A DNA stretch of 64,000 nucleotides from an uncultured delta proteobacterium (GTDB lineage: Bacteria; Desulfobacterota; Binatia; HRBIN30; BPIQ01). The notes beneath the pieces were generated by a model. That model saw nothing but the letters and a program-made list of their open reading frames with translations, searched no databases and was not told the DNA's origin. The first letter of the stretch is position 1. Every line of letters begins with the position of its first letter. The translations under genes were made by a program, and so were the position numbers. The stretch lies in NCBI GenBank assembly GCA_963761335.1, contig CAVXGR010000018.1, positions 416,001 through 480,000 on the forward strand, read 5' to 3'. Of the stretch, positions 46,105 through 54,298 are shown one piece after another.

Positions 46105-46130
46105 AACGCCGAACCGAGGCGTTTTGTTCC
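46105..46130 (-). promoter_or_regulatory. Putative ECF-sigma promoter of the MNIO operon
   Basis: Minus strand GGAAC-N17-CGTT, about 95 nt upstream of the precursor start. Confidence 0.55.
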
Positions 46131-46152
46131 CGTCGCCCGCCTTGCCCCACGA

Positions 46153-48420
46153 TCAGAACAAGGTCGACTGCGGCTCGGTGAGCCGCAGCTCGGCCACGGT
46201 CATGCGTTTCAGCGCCTTGCGCCCCTTCTGGGCGCGGTGCGCCTCCGGCGGCTGGAATTTGCGCTCGCTGCCGTCGGCGCCGACGGCGATCAGGCGCGCT
46301 CCCGCCGGATGGGCGAGGGCGCCGACCAGGCGGTCGCCGCTTTCCACGCGCATGAGGATGACGCCGCGTCCTGGCCCCGAAAGCTCCGCCAGCTCGGCGG
46401 CAGGGAAGCTGAGCACCTTGCCGCTGTCGGTGGCGGCGGTGACGGTGTCGCCGTCGGCGGGCACCACCACGGCGATGTCGTCGCCGTCCTTGAGGCGCGC
46501 CAAGCGCCGGCCGCTCTTGGTCGTCTCGCTCAGATCGGGGCGACAGAAGAATCCCATGCCCTGCGCCGTCGCCACCAGCCAGCGGCGCGTCGCTGACTCC
46601 TCGCCCTCAGCACGCGGCGGGATGAGGGCGGCGCTGACGACCCGTTCGCCATCCTTGAACTTCAGCAGCGACTGTACCGGCTCGCCGTAGCCGGTGGTCG
46701 CCGGGACGCTGGTGACGGGAATGACGTAGGCCACGCCGAAGTTGGAGAACAAGGTGAGGCTGTCGCGCGTATTGCCGCGCAGAATCCAGCGGGCCAGGTC
46801 CCCCTCACGCACCCGGGTGGAGCTCGGGTCCTTGACCTCGCCCAGTCGCTTGATCCAGCCGTCGCGCGTCACCACCACGGTGGCGTTCTCGTGCACCACG
46901 TAGGCAGCGGCGTCATAGACCAGCTCGGCGCCGCTGCTGATGGCGGTGCGGCGCGCGTCGCCGTGCTTCTCGGCGACCTCGCGCAGCTCCGTGTCGACGA
47001 TCCGCCAGCGCGCCTTCTCGTTCTTGAGCAGCGCTTCGATCTCGCCGGCGCGCTTCTTCTTCTCGCGCTGCTCCTCCTCGATCTTCTCGATCTCCAAGCG
47101 CGCCAGCTGGTAGAGGCGTGTTTCCAGGATGGCGTCGGTCTGGACCTCGTCGAGGTGAAACTCCGCCATCAGCTTGGTCGCCGCCTGGGCCCGCGATGCC
47201 GACTGCCGAATGATGTGGATGGCGCGGTCGAGGTTGGCGAACAGCTTGAGGAATCCCTCGAGGATGTGCAGGCGCTCACGGAGCTCGCGCAGCTCGTGCT
47301 CGAGGCGGCGGGTGACGATCTGCAGGCGGAAGTCGAGGAAGTGGCGGCAGATGTCGCGCAGGTTGAGGCGCGCCGGCTGACCCACGCCGGGTGTCGCGGT
47401 GGGTACCAGGGCGGTCAGGTTCACATTGAAGTTGACCTGCAGATTGGTGTGCTTGAAGAGGAAGGCCATCACCTCGTCGGCGGTGGCGTCGGCCTTGATC
47501 TCGACGACGACGCGCACCGTGTCGGTGGACTCGTCGCGCACGTCCACCGCCTGGGGCAGGCGCCGGCTGACGATGTGCTCGGCGATCTCCTCGACGATGC
47601 GCGACTTGTTTGCCTGGTAGGGAATCGAGGTGATGATCACCAGGTTCCGCTTCTTCTCCTGCTCGCCGCGGTACTGGGCCCGCAGGCGCACAGTGCCCTG
47701 GCCGTTCTCGTAGATGGCGCGCAGCTCGCGGCGCGAGTTGAGGATCTCGCCCCCAGTGGGAAAATCCGGACCCTTGATGTGGCGGCAGAGGTCCTTGTTC
47801 TGGAGAGACGGGTCGCGAATCAGCGCCGCGAGCGCCTCCACGACCTCCCGCAGGTTGTGCGGCGGGATGTTGGTTGCCATGCCGACCGCGATCCCACTCG
47901 AGCCGTTGATCAACAGCTGCGGCAGGGCGGCGGGGAGGACGATCGGCTCGCGCAGGGTGGCGTCGTAGTTGTCGCGGAAATCGACGGTGTCGTGGCGAAT
48001 GTCGCGCAGCAGCTCCTCGGCAATCGCCGTCAGGCGCGCCTCGGTGTAACGCATGGCCGCCGGGCTGTCGCCGTCGAGCGAGCCGAAGTTGCCCTCGCCC
48101 TGGACCAGCGGATAGCGGAGCGCGAACGACTGGGCCATGCGCACCATCGCCTCGTAGGCGGCGACGTCGCCGTGCGGGTGGTATTTCCCCAGAACCTCGC
48201 CGACGACGGCCGCCGACTTGCGCGGCCGTGCCCCGGCGGTCAGACGCAGGTTCTGAAACATCGCGTAGAGGATGCGCCTCTGCACCGGCTTGAGGCCGTC
48301 GCGCACATCGGGCAGGGCGCGGGAGGTGATGACGCTGAGGGCGTAGGCGAGATAGCGCTCCTCGGCGGCGCTGCGCAGGTCGACGTCCCGCACGTCCCCG
48401 GGGCCTGTGGTTTCCTTCAC
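46153..48420 (-). CDS. parC: Type IIA topoisomerase subunit A (ParC-like, short C-terminal domain)
   Basis: [40 protein letters not shown] (catalytic Tyr), [14 protein letters not shown]; no recognisable GyrA-box. Confidence 0.8.
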   Translation of the reverse strand: MKETTGPGDVRDVDLRSAAEERYLAYALSVITSRALPDVRDGLKPVQRRILYAMFQNLRLTAGARPRKSAAVVGEVLGKYHPHGDVAAYEAMVRMAQSFALRYPLVQGEGNFGSLDGDSPAAMRYTEARLTAIAEELLRDIRHDTVDFRDNYDATLREPIVLPAALPQLLINGSSGIAVGMATNIPPHNLREVVEALAALIRDPSLQNKDLCRHIKGPDFPTGGEILNSRRELRAIYENGQGTVRLRAQYRGEQEKKRNLVIITSIPYQANKSRIVEEIAEHIVSRRLPQAVDVRDESTDTVRVVVEIKADATADEVMAFLFKHTNLQVNFNVNLTALVPTATPGVGQPARLNLRDICRHFLDFRLQIVTRRLEHELRELRERLHILEGFLKLFANLDRAIHIIRQSASRAQAATKLMAEFHLDEVQTDAILETRLYQLARLEIEKIEEEQREKKKRAGEIEALLKNEKARWRIVDTELREVAEKHGDARRTAISSGAELVYDAAAYVVHENATVVVTRDGWIKRLGEVKDPSSTRVREGDLARWILRGNTRDSLTLFSNFGVAYVIPVTSVPATTGYGEPVQSLLKFKDGERVVSAALIPPRAEGEESATRRWLVATAQGMGFFCRPDLSETTKSGRRLARLKDGDDIAVVVPADGDTVTAATDSGKVLSFPAAELAELSGPGRGVILMRVESGDRLVGALAHPAGARLIAVGADGSERKFQPPEAHRAQKGRKALKRMTVAELRLTEPQSTLF

Positions 48421-48545
48421 GTGGCTCGACTCCTGGTGGAATTCGCCAGAGCCTTATGCGCGTCCCCGGGAGCCTCTGCAAGCGAGAGCCCTTCAAGCCG
48501 GAGCGCGAATGGGTTAGTGTGCGCCCGCGTCGGAAGGTGCGCTGG

Positions 48546-50462
48546 ATGTTGAAGTACTGGCTGCTGGCGGGCACGGCTCTGCTGCTCTCGCTCGTCCTCA
48601 CCCCGGTGGTGGCGAGCTGGGCGCAGCGCCTCGGCGCCGTCGGCGACGCGGGGACGTGGCGCGCCCCGCGCCGGCGGGTTCCGCGCCTGGGTGGGCTGGC
48701 GGTGCTCGGCGCTTTCGCCGGGGCCCTGTGCGCGGGCTTTCTCGCCGACAGGCTGGCCTTCGAGGTCTTCTGGGGAGAGCCTTGGCCGTGGGGATGGCTG
48801 CTCGGGGGTGCTCTGGTAGTGGTGGCCTGCGGCGTCATCGACGACCTCTGGAGCCTCGGGCCGCTCTCCAAGCTCGCCTTCCAGCTGATCGCCGGAATCA
48901 TGGTTCTGGCCGCCGGGCGCGGCATCGATCTGATCACCAACCCCTACAGCGGCCAGGTGTTCGCCCTCGGCTGGCTGGGCGTTCCGGTGACCCTGCTCTG
49001 GGTCGTCGGCATCACCAACGCCTTCAATCTCATCGACGGTCTCGACGGGCTGGCTGTCGGTGTCGGCGTGATCGCCTGCGGCACGCTGTTCGCGGTGTCG
49101 CTGCGGGTCGGGCACGTCGAGGTGTCTCTGCTGGCCATCACTCTGGCGGGGGCGCTGGCGGGATTTCTGTATTACAACTTCAACCCCGCCATGGTTTTTC
49201 TGGGGGACTCCGGCAGTCTTCTGCTGGGCTACCTGCTGTCGGTGCTGTCCATCCAGGCGGCCCAGAAGGGGGCGACCGTGCTGGTGATCGCCGTGCCCAT
49301 CCTGGCTCTGGGCCTGCCGATCATGGACACGCTTCTGGCGATGGTGCGGAGGACCTTGGGGGCGCTGCACGTCGTCCGCCTCGACGAGGAGAACCGCGAG
49401 TACCGCTTCGCCTTCGGCTCGACCTCCATTCTGCGGGCCGATCGCGATCACATTCACCACCGGCTCCTGCGTCTGGGGCTGACGCATCGACGCGCCGTCC
49501 TGGTTCTCTACGTCGTCTGTCTGGTGCTCAGCGCTCTGTCGTTCCTGGCGGTTCACGCCCGCGCCTCGGACACCGCTCTGCTGGTGGCGGTGGTGGCCGC
49601 CGCCAGCTATCTCGGCGTGCGCAAGCTGGGGTATGCCGAGGTCGAAGTGCTGCGGCGCGGCACGCTCCTGCCCCTGTTCGAGCTGCCGATGTTCAACCGG
49701 CGGCTGGTGCACGCCGTCGTCGATGCCGGCTTCATCGGCGCCGCTTTTCTCGCCGGCAACGTCCTGCTCTACGGCGGCCGCATCCCCCTGGCGCTGCACC
49801 GCTACTTCGTCCTCAGCACGGTCATCGCCGTCGCCGCCAAGGTGGCGGTGTTCGCGTACTCCGGCCTGTATCGGCGCGCCTATCGGCACGTGAATGCCGG
49901 CGACCTGATCGGCGTGGTCCGCAGCCTGCTGCTCGCGGAGCTGGTAGCGGCCATCGGCATCGGCGTCCTCGCCGGCGTGCCGTCGCGGCCGGGACTGCTG
50001 CTGGTGCTCGACTTCTACTTCACCGCCACGCTGGTGCTCGGTGCGCGTCTCGCCTTCACGGTGCTCGAGGTGATGGCGCGTGGTTGGGGAGGCGCCGCGG
50101 CGCGGCCGGTGGTGATCTACGGCGCCGGCTCCGCCGGTGCCTCGCTGCTGCGCGAGCTCGAGCAGAACCCCGAGCTCGCCTGCCGTCCGGTGGCCTTCAT
50201 CGACGACTCGCCGAGACTCTGGGGGCGACGCCTGAACGGCGTCCCGGTGGTTGGCGGGACGCCGCAGCTCGCCGAGGTTCTCTGGCGCCAACAGGTCTAC
50301 GAGGTGATCATCTCCACGCCGAAGATTGCGCTGCCGCGGATCGAGGAGGTCGCCGCCATCTGCGGCGCCAACAACGTCAAGCTGCGCCGCTTCCGCATTG
50401 CGCTCGAGCAGGTCGATACGCCGGCGGCGGCACCGTTGCCACGCGCCGAGCCGGCCGGCTGA
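48546..50462 (+). CDS. WecA/TagO-like (MraY-family) phosphoglycosyltransferase fused to a C-terminal membrane plus Rossmann (CoA-binding-like) module
   Basis: PRLGGLA, GVIDD, NAFNLIDGLDGLA, YNFNPA.VFLGDSGS, ADRDHIHHRL; then GLYRR.YR, IYGAGSAG, AFIDD, GVPVVG. Confidence 0.85.
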   Translation: MLKYWLLAGTALLLSLVLTPVVASWAQRLGAVGDAGTWRAPRRRVPRLGGLAVLGAFAGALCAGFLADRLAFEVFWGEPWPWGWLLGGALVVVACGVIDDLWSLGPLSKLAFQLIAGIMVLAAGRGIDLITNPYSGQVFALGWLGVPVTLLWVVGITNAFNLIDGLDGLAVGVGVIACGTLFAVSLRVGHVEVSLLAITLAGALAGFLYYNFNPAMVFLGDSGSLLLGYLLSVLSIQAAQKGATVLVIAVPILALGLPIMDTLLAMVRRTLGALHVVRLDEENREYRFAFGSTSILRADRDHIHHRLLRLGLTHRRAVLVLYVVCLVLSALSFLAVHARASDTALLVAVVAAASYLGVRKLGYAEVEVLRRGTLLPLFELPMFNRRLVHAVVDAGFIGAAFLAGNVLLYGGRIPLALHRYFVLSTVIAVAAKVAVFAYSGLYRRAYRHVNAGDLIGVVRSLLLAELVAAIGIGVLAGVPSRPGLLLVLDFYFTATLVLGARLAFTVLEVMARGWGGAAARPVVIYGAGSAGASLLRELEQNPELACRPVAFIDDSPRLWGRRLNGVPVVGGTPQLAEVLWRQQVYEVIISTPKIALPRIEEVAAICGANNVKLRRFRIALEQVDTPAAAPLPRAEPAG

Positions 50463-50467
50463 GCGGC

Positions 50468-51568
50468 TCAGCGGGGGCCGAGGCCGCGCCGCCGCAGCTC
50501 CTGCAGGATCAGCTCCGCGGCCACGCGATGGCCGGCAGAGGTGAAGTGGCGATCACGCAAGTAGAAAAGGGGAACATGGGCGCGGTCGTATGCTCGGCGC
50601 ATGCCCGGCAATAGATCGAAGACCGGAATGCCCAGCTCGCGGCCGACATCGCGCATGCGTTCCTGGACCGCGTAGTCCCGCTGCGGCAGCATCTGTACCT
50701 TGATGTCCGGTTGAACTTGCAGGCCCTCGGGCAGCACGACGACCAGGAGCTGGGCGCCGCTCTGCTGGACGGTCTGCGCCAGCTCGCGCAGAAGCGCTCG
50801 CTCGAGCTGCCACGCCGGCTCCACCTCGTCGGGGCGCAACAGGTCCGCCTCGTCGACGGGGAGGCCGAGCAGAACCCGCAGGCGCCAACGAAGGAAGAGG
50901 ATTCGATCGCTGAGAAATCGGTATGTGTAGCTGTAGCGCAGCAGTTGCCGGTGCGACGATGGCCACTGCATCAACGGCGGGTCGCCCGGATGCCGCTCGG
51001 GCGGAAAGCGGAGCTGGCCGTCGGCGACGCCGAACGGCGGTATGCGCCGCTTGAAGGCGTCGGTGACGTCGTTCCAGAAGAAGGCGACCAGCACCAGATC
51101 CGGGCTGAAGGAGAGCCCCTGATCCCGCAGGAGGAGCAGCTCCTGGCCGGTGTCGTAGCCGATGACCCCGGCGTTGATCACTTGAAGCCGCGGGTCGAGC
51201 TTCTCCAGCCGGGCACAGAAGGTCTCCTGGTCGCCGACGCCCATGCCGTAGGTAAAGGAGTCGCCCAGCACCAGGATGCGATAGCGATCGCGTGGCTTCT
51301 GGCGCGAGATCTCCGCTCCGCGGAAGCCCCAGGAGTCGTGCTGGACGGTCGTGCTGTATTCCGCGTCCCCCATCTCGGCGCGAATTCCCGGTCGGTTCTC
51401 CCATCCGCGCGTCGGGTGCGGTTGCGCAAAGCCCATGCGGTCCTTGACGTAGAAGCCCTGCCAGGTGAGACGCAGGCCGATCTCGACGAGCACCAGGGCG
51501 ACGGCCACCGCGGCGGCGGCGGTGGCCAGGTTGAGCGACCAGCCGCGCACCTGTCCGCCGAAGCTCAT
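50468..51568 (-). CDS. Membrane-anchored SGNH/GDSL hydrolase-family protein
   Basis: N-terminal TM ending EIGLR; LGDSFTYG, INAGV.GY, FFWND, D.HFT.AGH. Confidence 0.85.
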   Translation of the reverse strand: MSFGGQVRGWSLNLATAAAAVAVALVLVEIGLRLTWQGFYVKDRMGFAQPHPTRGWENRPGIRAEMGDAEYSTTVQHDSWGFRGAEISRQKPRDRYRILVLGDSFTYGMGVGDQETFCARLEKLDPRLQVINAGVIGYDTGQELLLLRDQGLSFSPDLVLVAFFWNDVTDAFKRRIPPFGVADGQLRFPPERHPGDPPLMQWPSSHRQLLRYSYTYRFLSDRILFLRWRLRVLLGLPVDEADLLRPDEVEPAWQLERALLRELAQTVQQSGAQLLVVVLPEGLQVQPDIKVQMLPQRDYAVQERMRDVGRELGIPVFDLLPGMRRAYDRAHVPLFYLRDRHFTSAGHRVAAELILQELRRRGLGPR

Positions 51569-51732
51569 CGATATGGACGCCCGGAGATCATCAAGCGACG
51601 CGTGACACATGCAGCCGGGGGGCGCAAGGGCGGTAGCTCGGGGCGATGGCGCGATGGATTCCGGTCTGTTTACCCATGACATCGCTGCGGATACTGCCCC
51701 GATGAGAAACCGCTTGACTCGGGAAAATTTTC

Positions 51733-51762
51733 TTGACAAACACCTGCGCCACACAGTATTGC
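51733..51762 (+). promoter_or_regulatory. Putative housekeeping-sigma promoter of the Lys-Pro repeat gene
   Basis: TTGACA-N18-TATTGC with an A/T-rich upstream element (GGAAAATTTTC). Confidence 0.45.
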
Positions 51763-51911
51763 GAAGACATCAACACGTGTCATTGGCAGCAAAGTAAGCT
51801 GGTATTGGGTTGTGGGGCGTTCCGGGGGGAGCGTCCTGCGAAAAGAATTGAGAGGGTGTTTTCGTCTCTGGGGAGTTCGCTCTTCGGAGGCTGTCAGAGG
51901 GAGGAGGCCAC

Positions 51912-52529
51912 ATGTCCGTGAACACAAAGCAGATCCGGCGTGCCCTGGGCTTGGCGTTGACGTGGGGAGCAATGGCGCTTTTCGTCGCCTCGCCTGCGCT
52001 GGCGCAGAACAAGCCACAGAAGCCGGTCAAGCCAGCCAAGCCGCAGAAGCCCCACAAGCCGCAGCCCGCGCTCAATCCGGGGCCGAGCCATCCGGCGAAG
52101 CCGTCCAAGCCTTCGAAACCTTCGAAACCTTCGAAACCTTCGAAGCCCGGAAAGCCTTCGAAGGCGCACAAGCCGCACAAGCCGCATCCGGAGCTGGGAC
52201 CCGGGCCGAGCAATAACAAGCCGGCGAAGCCCGCCAAGCCTGCGAAGCCGAAGAAGCCTTCGAAGCCGAAGAAGCCTTCGAAGCCGTCGAAGCCCTCGAA
52301 GCCGCACGCGCCGCACAAGCCGCACCCGGAGCTGGGACCTGGGCCGAGCAATCACAAGCCGGCGAAGCCCGCCAAGCCTGCGAAGCCGAAGAAGCCGTCC
52401 AAGCCTTCGAAGCCGTCAAAGCCTTCGAAGCCGCACAAGCCCCATCCGGAGGGCAACCCGGGTCCGAGCAACAACAAGCCCGCGAAGCCGTCCAAGCCCG
52501 CGAAGCCGGCTAAGCCGCACAAGCCGTAA
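51912..52529 (+). CDS. Secreted Lys/Pro-rich tandem-repeat protein
   Basis: GGAGGAGG RBS; 31-aa Sec signal ending ALA; mature part almost entirely (X-K-P)n; synonymous variation between repeats; followed by a strong terminator. Confidence 0.85.
   Translation: MSVNTKQIRRALGLALTWGAMALFVASPALAQNKPQKPVKPAKPQKPHKPQPALNPGPSHPAKPSKPSKPSKPSKPSKPGKPSKAHKPHKPHPELGPGPSNNKPAKPAKPAKPKKPSKPKKPSKPSKPSKPHAPHKPHPELGPGPSNHKPAKPAKPAKPKKPSKPSKPSKPSKPHKPHPEGNPGPSNNKPAKPSKPAKPAKPHKP
52005..52526 (+). repeat. Coding 9-bp tandem repeats nested in four ~120-138-bp super-repeats
   Basis: AAGCCN-NNN units, e.g. CCTTCGAAA x3 at 52110-52136; HKP(Q/H)P..PGPS blocks start at 52053, 52176, 52314 and 52434. Confidence 0.9.
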
Positions 52530-52552
52530 GCTGAGCACGATACCGCTTCACG

Positions 52553-52590
52553 ACGGACGCTCTCCAACGGGGGAGCGTCCGTTTTTTTTT
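52553..52590 (+). terminator. Intrinsic terminator
   Basis: ACGGACGCTCTCC..GGGGAGCGTCCGT stem followed by a T9 run. Confidence 0.9.
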
Positions 52591-52655
52591 GCGCGTTTCG
52601 GCAGGCGTGTGCGCCGCGTGTTAAGGAAACGCGGACAACAGGAGAGGAGAGTGCA

Positions 52656-53972
52656 ATGCTGTGTCGCGCGCGCGTCCCGTACCTGAGCTCCGTGCTGCTT
52701 CTGCTGCTTCCGCTGGCCGCCTCGGCGGCCAGTCTGCGGCTGAGCATGGAGGAGGCCGTGAATCGGGCCTTGGCCGCCAGCCCGGATCTGCAGGCGGACC
52801 GCAAGGATGTCGACGTGGCGACCGCGACCCTGCAGCAGAGCCGTGCTCTCTTTCCGGAGAACCCCTACGTGTCGCTCGGTGCACAGACCTCGTTTCAGCG
52901 GAACAGCGCCGCTGGCACTTCCGCGGGCGGCGGCGGTGCGGTCTCGACAGCGACCACTCAGACGGACGTCGGCTTCGGCTACGGGCTCTCCCTGTCGCAG
53001 GAAGTAGAGATCGCCGGCCAGCGGCAGAAGCGCCTCGCCGTCGCCCAGAGCGGCCTCGAGCGCGCCTCCGCGGATGCCCACAGCGCCGAGCTGACGATGA
53101 TCGCCACGGTGAAGAGCGCCTTCGTGGGCGCTCTCGCCAATGCCGCGCGCCTCACCATTGCCCGGCAGGGTGCCGATGCGGCGCGCGACCTGCGCACGCG
53201 CCTGCAGGCCGCCAAGCCGCGCTCGGGGATTCCCCTCATCGAGCTCAACCAGGCGGAGATGCAGGAGAGCCGCAGCCTCCGCGATGTCGCTTCGGCAGAG
53301 CGCGCCTACCAGGACTCCCTCTCGCAGCTGCGCTACCTGCTCGACGTCGCTCCCGATCAGGAGATCGAGCTGGTCGGCGCCATCGGCACCGCCGTGCACG
53401 AGCCGCCGCCCGCAGACGAGCTCGTCGAACGCGCCCTCCAGCAACGGGCCGACCTCGCCGGCTATCGGCACCGCCTGGAGGTGGCCGAGAACCAGCTCGA
53501 TCTCACCCGCCGCGAGGCGGTCCCCAACGTCACCGTCTCCGGTTTTGTCTCCCGCTTCGACAACGTCACCTTCGTCGGCGGTGACCTGGCCGCCTATCTG
53601 CCGGTTTGGCGGCGGCATGGCGGCGAGACTGCGGAAGCCGTGGCCGACCGCCAGCAGGCCGAGCTGCGGCTGCGCGACATGCGGCGCGTCGTCGAGTGGC
53701 AGGTCGTGCAGGCGCGCCGCACTTTGCAGGGCGCCGCTGAGGCGCTGCGCTCCATTCGCAGAGAAATTCTCCCCCGCAGCGAGGAGAATCTGCGCATCGA
53801 GCGCCAGCTCTACGACAGCCGGCAGGTCGCCGTCGCCGATCTCATCGGCATCCAGATCGACGCCATCTCGGCTCGCCGGGAAGAGATCGATGCCGCCGAG
53901 GCCTACGAGAGCGCCGAGATCGACCTCGAGCGCCTCGTCGGCGGTTCCCTCGCCGCCGGCACCAGCGGCTGA
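52656..53972 (+). CDS. TolC-family outer-membrane efflux protein (CzcC-like)
   Basis: Signal peptide; AVNRALAASPDL, PENP, LSQEVEIAGQRQKR, RADL, PNVTVS, C-terminal LERLVG. Confidence 0.85.
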   Translation: MLCRARVPYLSSVLLLLLPLAASAASLRLSMEEAVNRALAASPDLQADRKDVDVATATLQQSRALFPENPYVSLGAQTSFQRNSAAGTSAGGGGAVSTATTQTDVGFGYGLSLSQEVEIAGQRQKRLAVAQSGLERASADAHSAELTMIATVKSAFVGALANAARLTIARQGADAARDLRTRLQAAKPRSGIPLIELNQAEMQESRSLRDVASAERAYQDSLSQLRYLLDVAPDQEIELVGAIGTAVHEPPPADELVERALQQRADLAGYRHRLEVAENQLDLTRREAVPNVTVSGFVSRFDNVTFVGGDLAAYLPVWRRHGGETAEAVADRQQAELRLRDMRRVVEWQVVQARRTLQGAAEALRSIRREILPRSEENLRIERQLYDSRQVAVADLIGIQIDAISARREEIDAAEAYESAEIDLERLVGGSLAAGTSG

Positions 53973-54010
53973 GCCCGGCCCGGCGGAGCGCCGCCGCCTT
54001 TCTGAACAGG

Positions 54011-54212
54011 GCCTGTGGATAAGTTGTGGACGGTGCTCTCGAAGTAGTTGGAGAAAGGCGTTTTTCACCGTCACCTCACCTTTTGGCGCGCCGTGTCAAT
54101 ATGAACATTGTCTTGTATCTCCAGGGTGTTGAATGAGAGTTCTCGTGTGAAGGTTTCAGCTGCGACCCGGTTGCGCTCGAACTATCCTGGGAAAAGCCGC
54201 GCCTGTGGATAT
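54011..54212. promoter_or_regulatory. DnaA-box cluster (candidate oriC or DnaA titration site)
   Basis: Perfect box TGTGGATAA at 54014-22; TGTGGACGG at 54025-33; TTTTTCACC at 54061-69; TGTGGATAT at 54204-12; AT-richer patch between them. Confidence 0.45.
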
Positions 54213-54246
54213 TCCATCCCCCTCGGGCTCGTTGCCGGGGGTGCAT

Positions 54247-54276
54247 TTGACTCCTTCGCTGGGGCGCGTCTAACTT
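54247..54276 (+). promoter_or_regulatory. Putative housekeeping-sigma promoter
   Basis: TTGACT-N18-TAACTT upstream of the CoA-transferase gene. Confidence 0.5.
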
Positions 54277-54298
54277 CCGCGGCAGTTGGAGGTGAGCG

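Noticed and set aside
51763..51911. Known riboswitch (e.g. c-di-GMP) in the Lys-Pro gene leader
   Set aside because: I could not match the conserved core motifs by eye; an Rfam search would be needed.
52005..52526. Repeat array as a possible CRISPR or non-coding satellite
   Set aside because: Units are in-frame multiples of 3 with synonymous variation, there are no unique spacers and no cas genes; it is a coding repeat.
51770..52804. Antisense ORFs with GFEGF/GLAGF and RLRRL repeats
   Set aside because: Mirror translations of the Lys-Pro gene; the signal peptide, RBS and terminator all support the plus strand.
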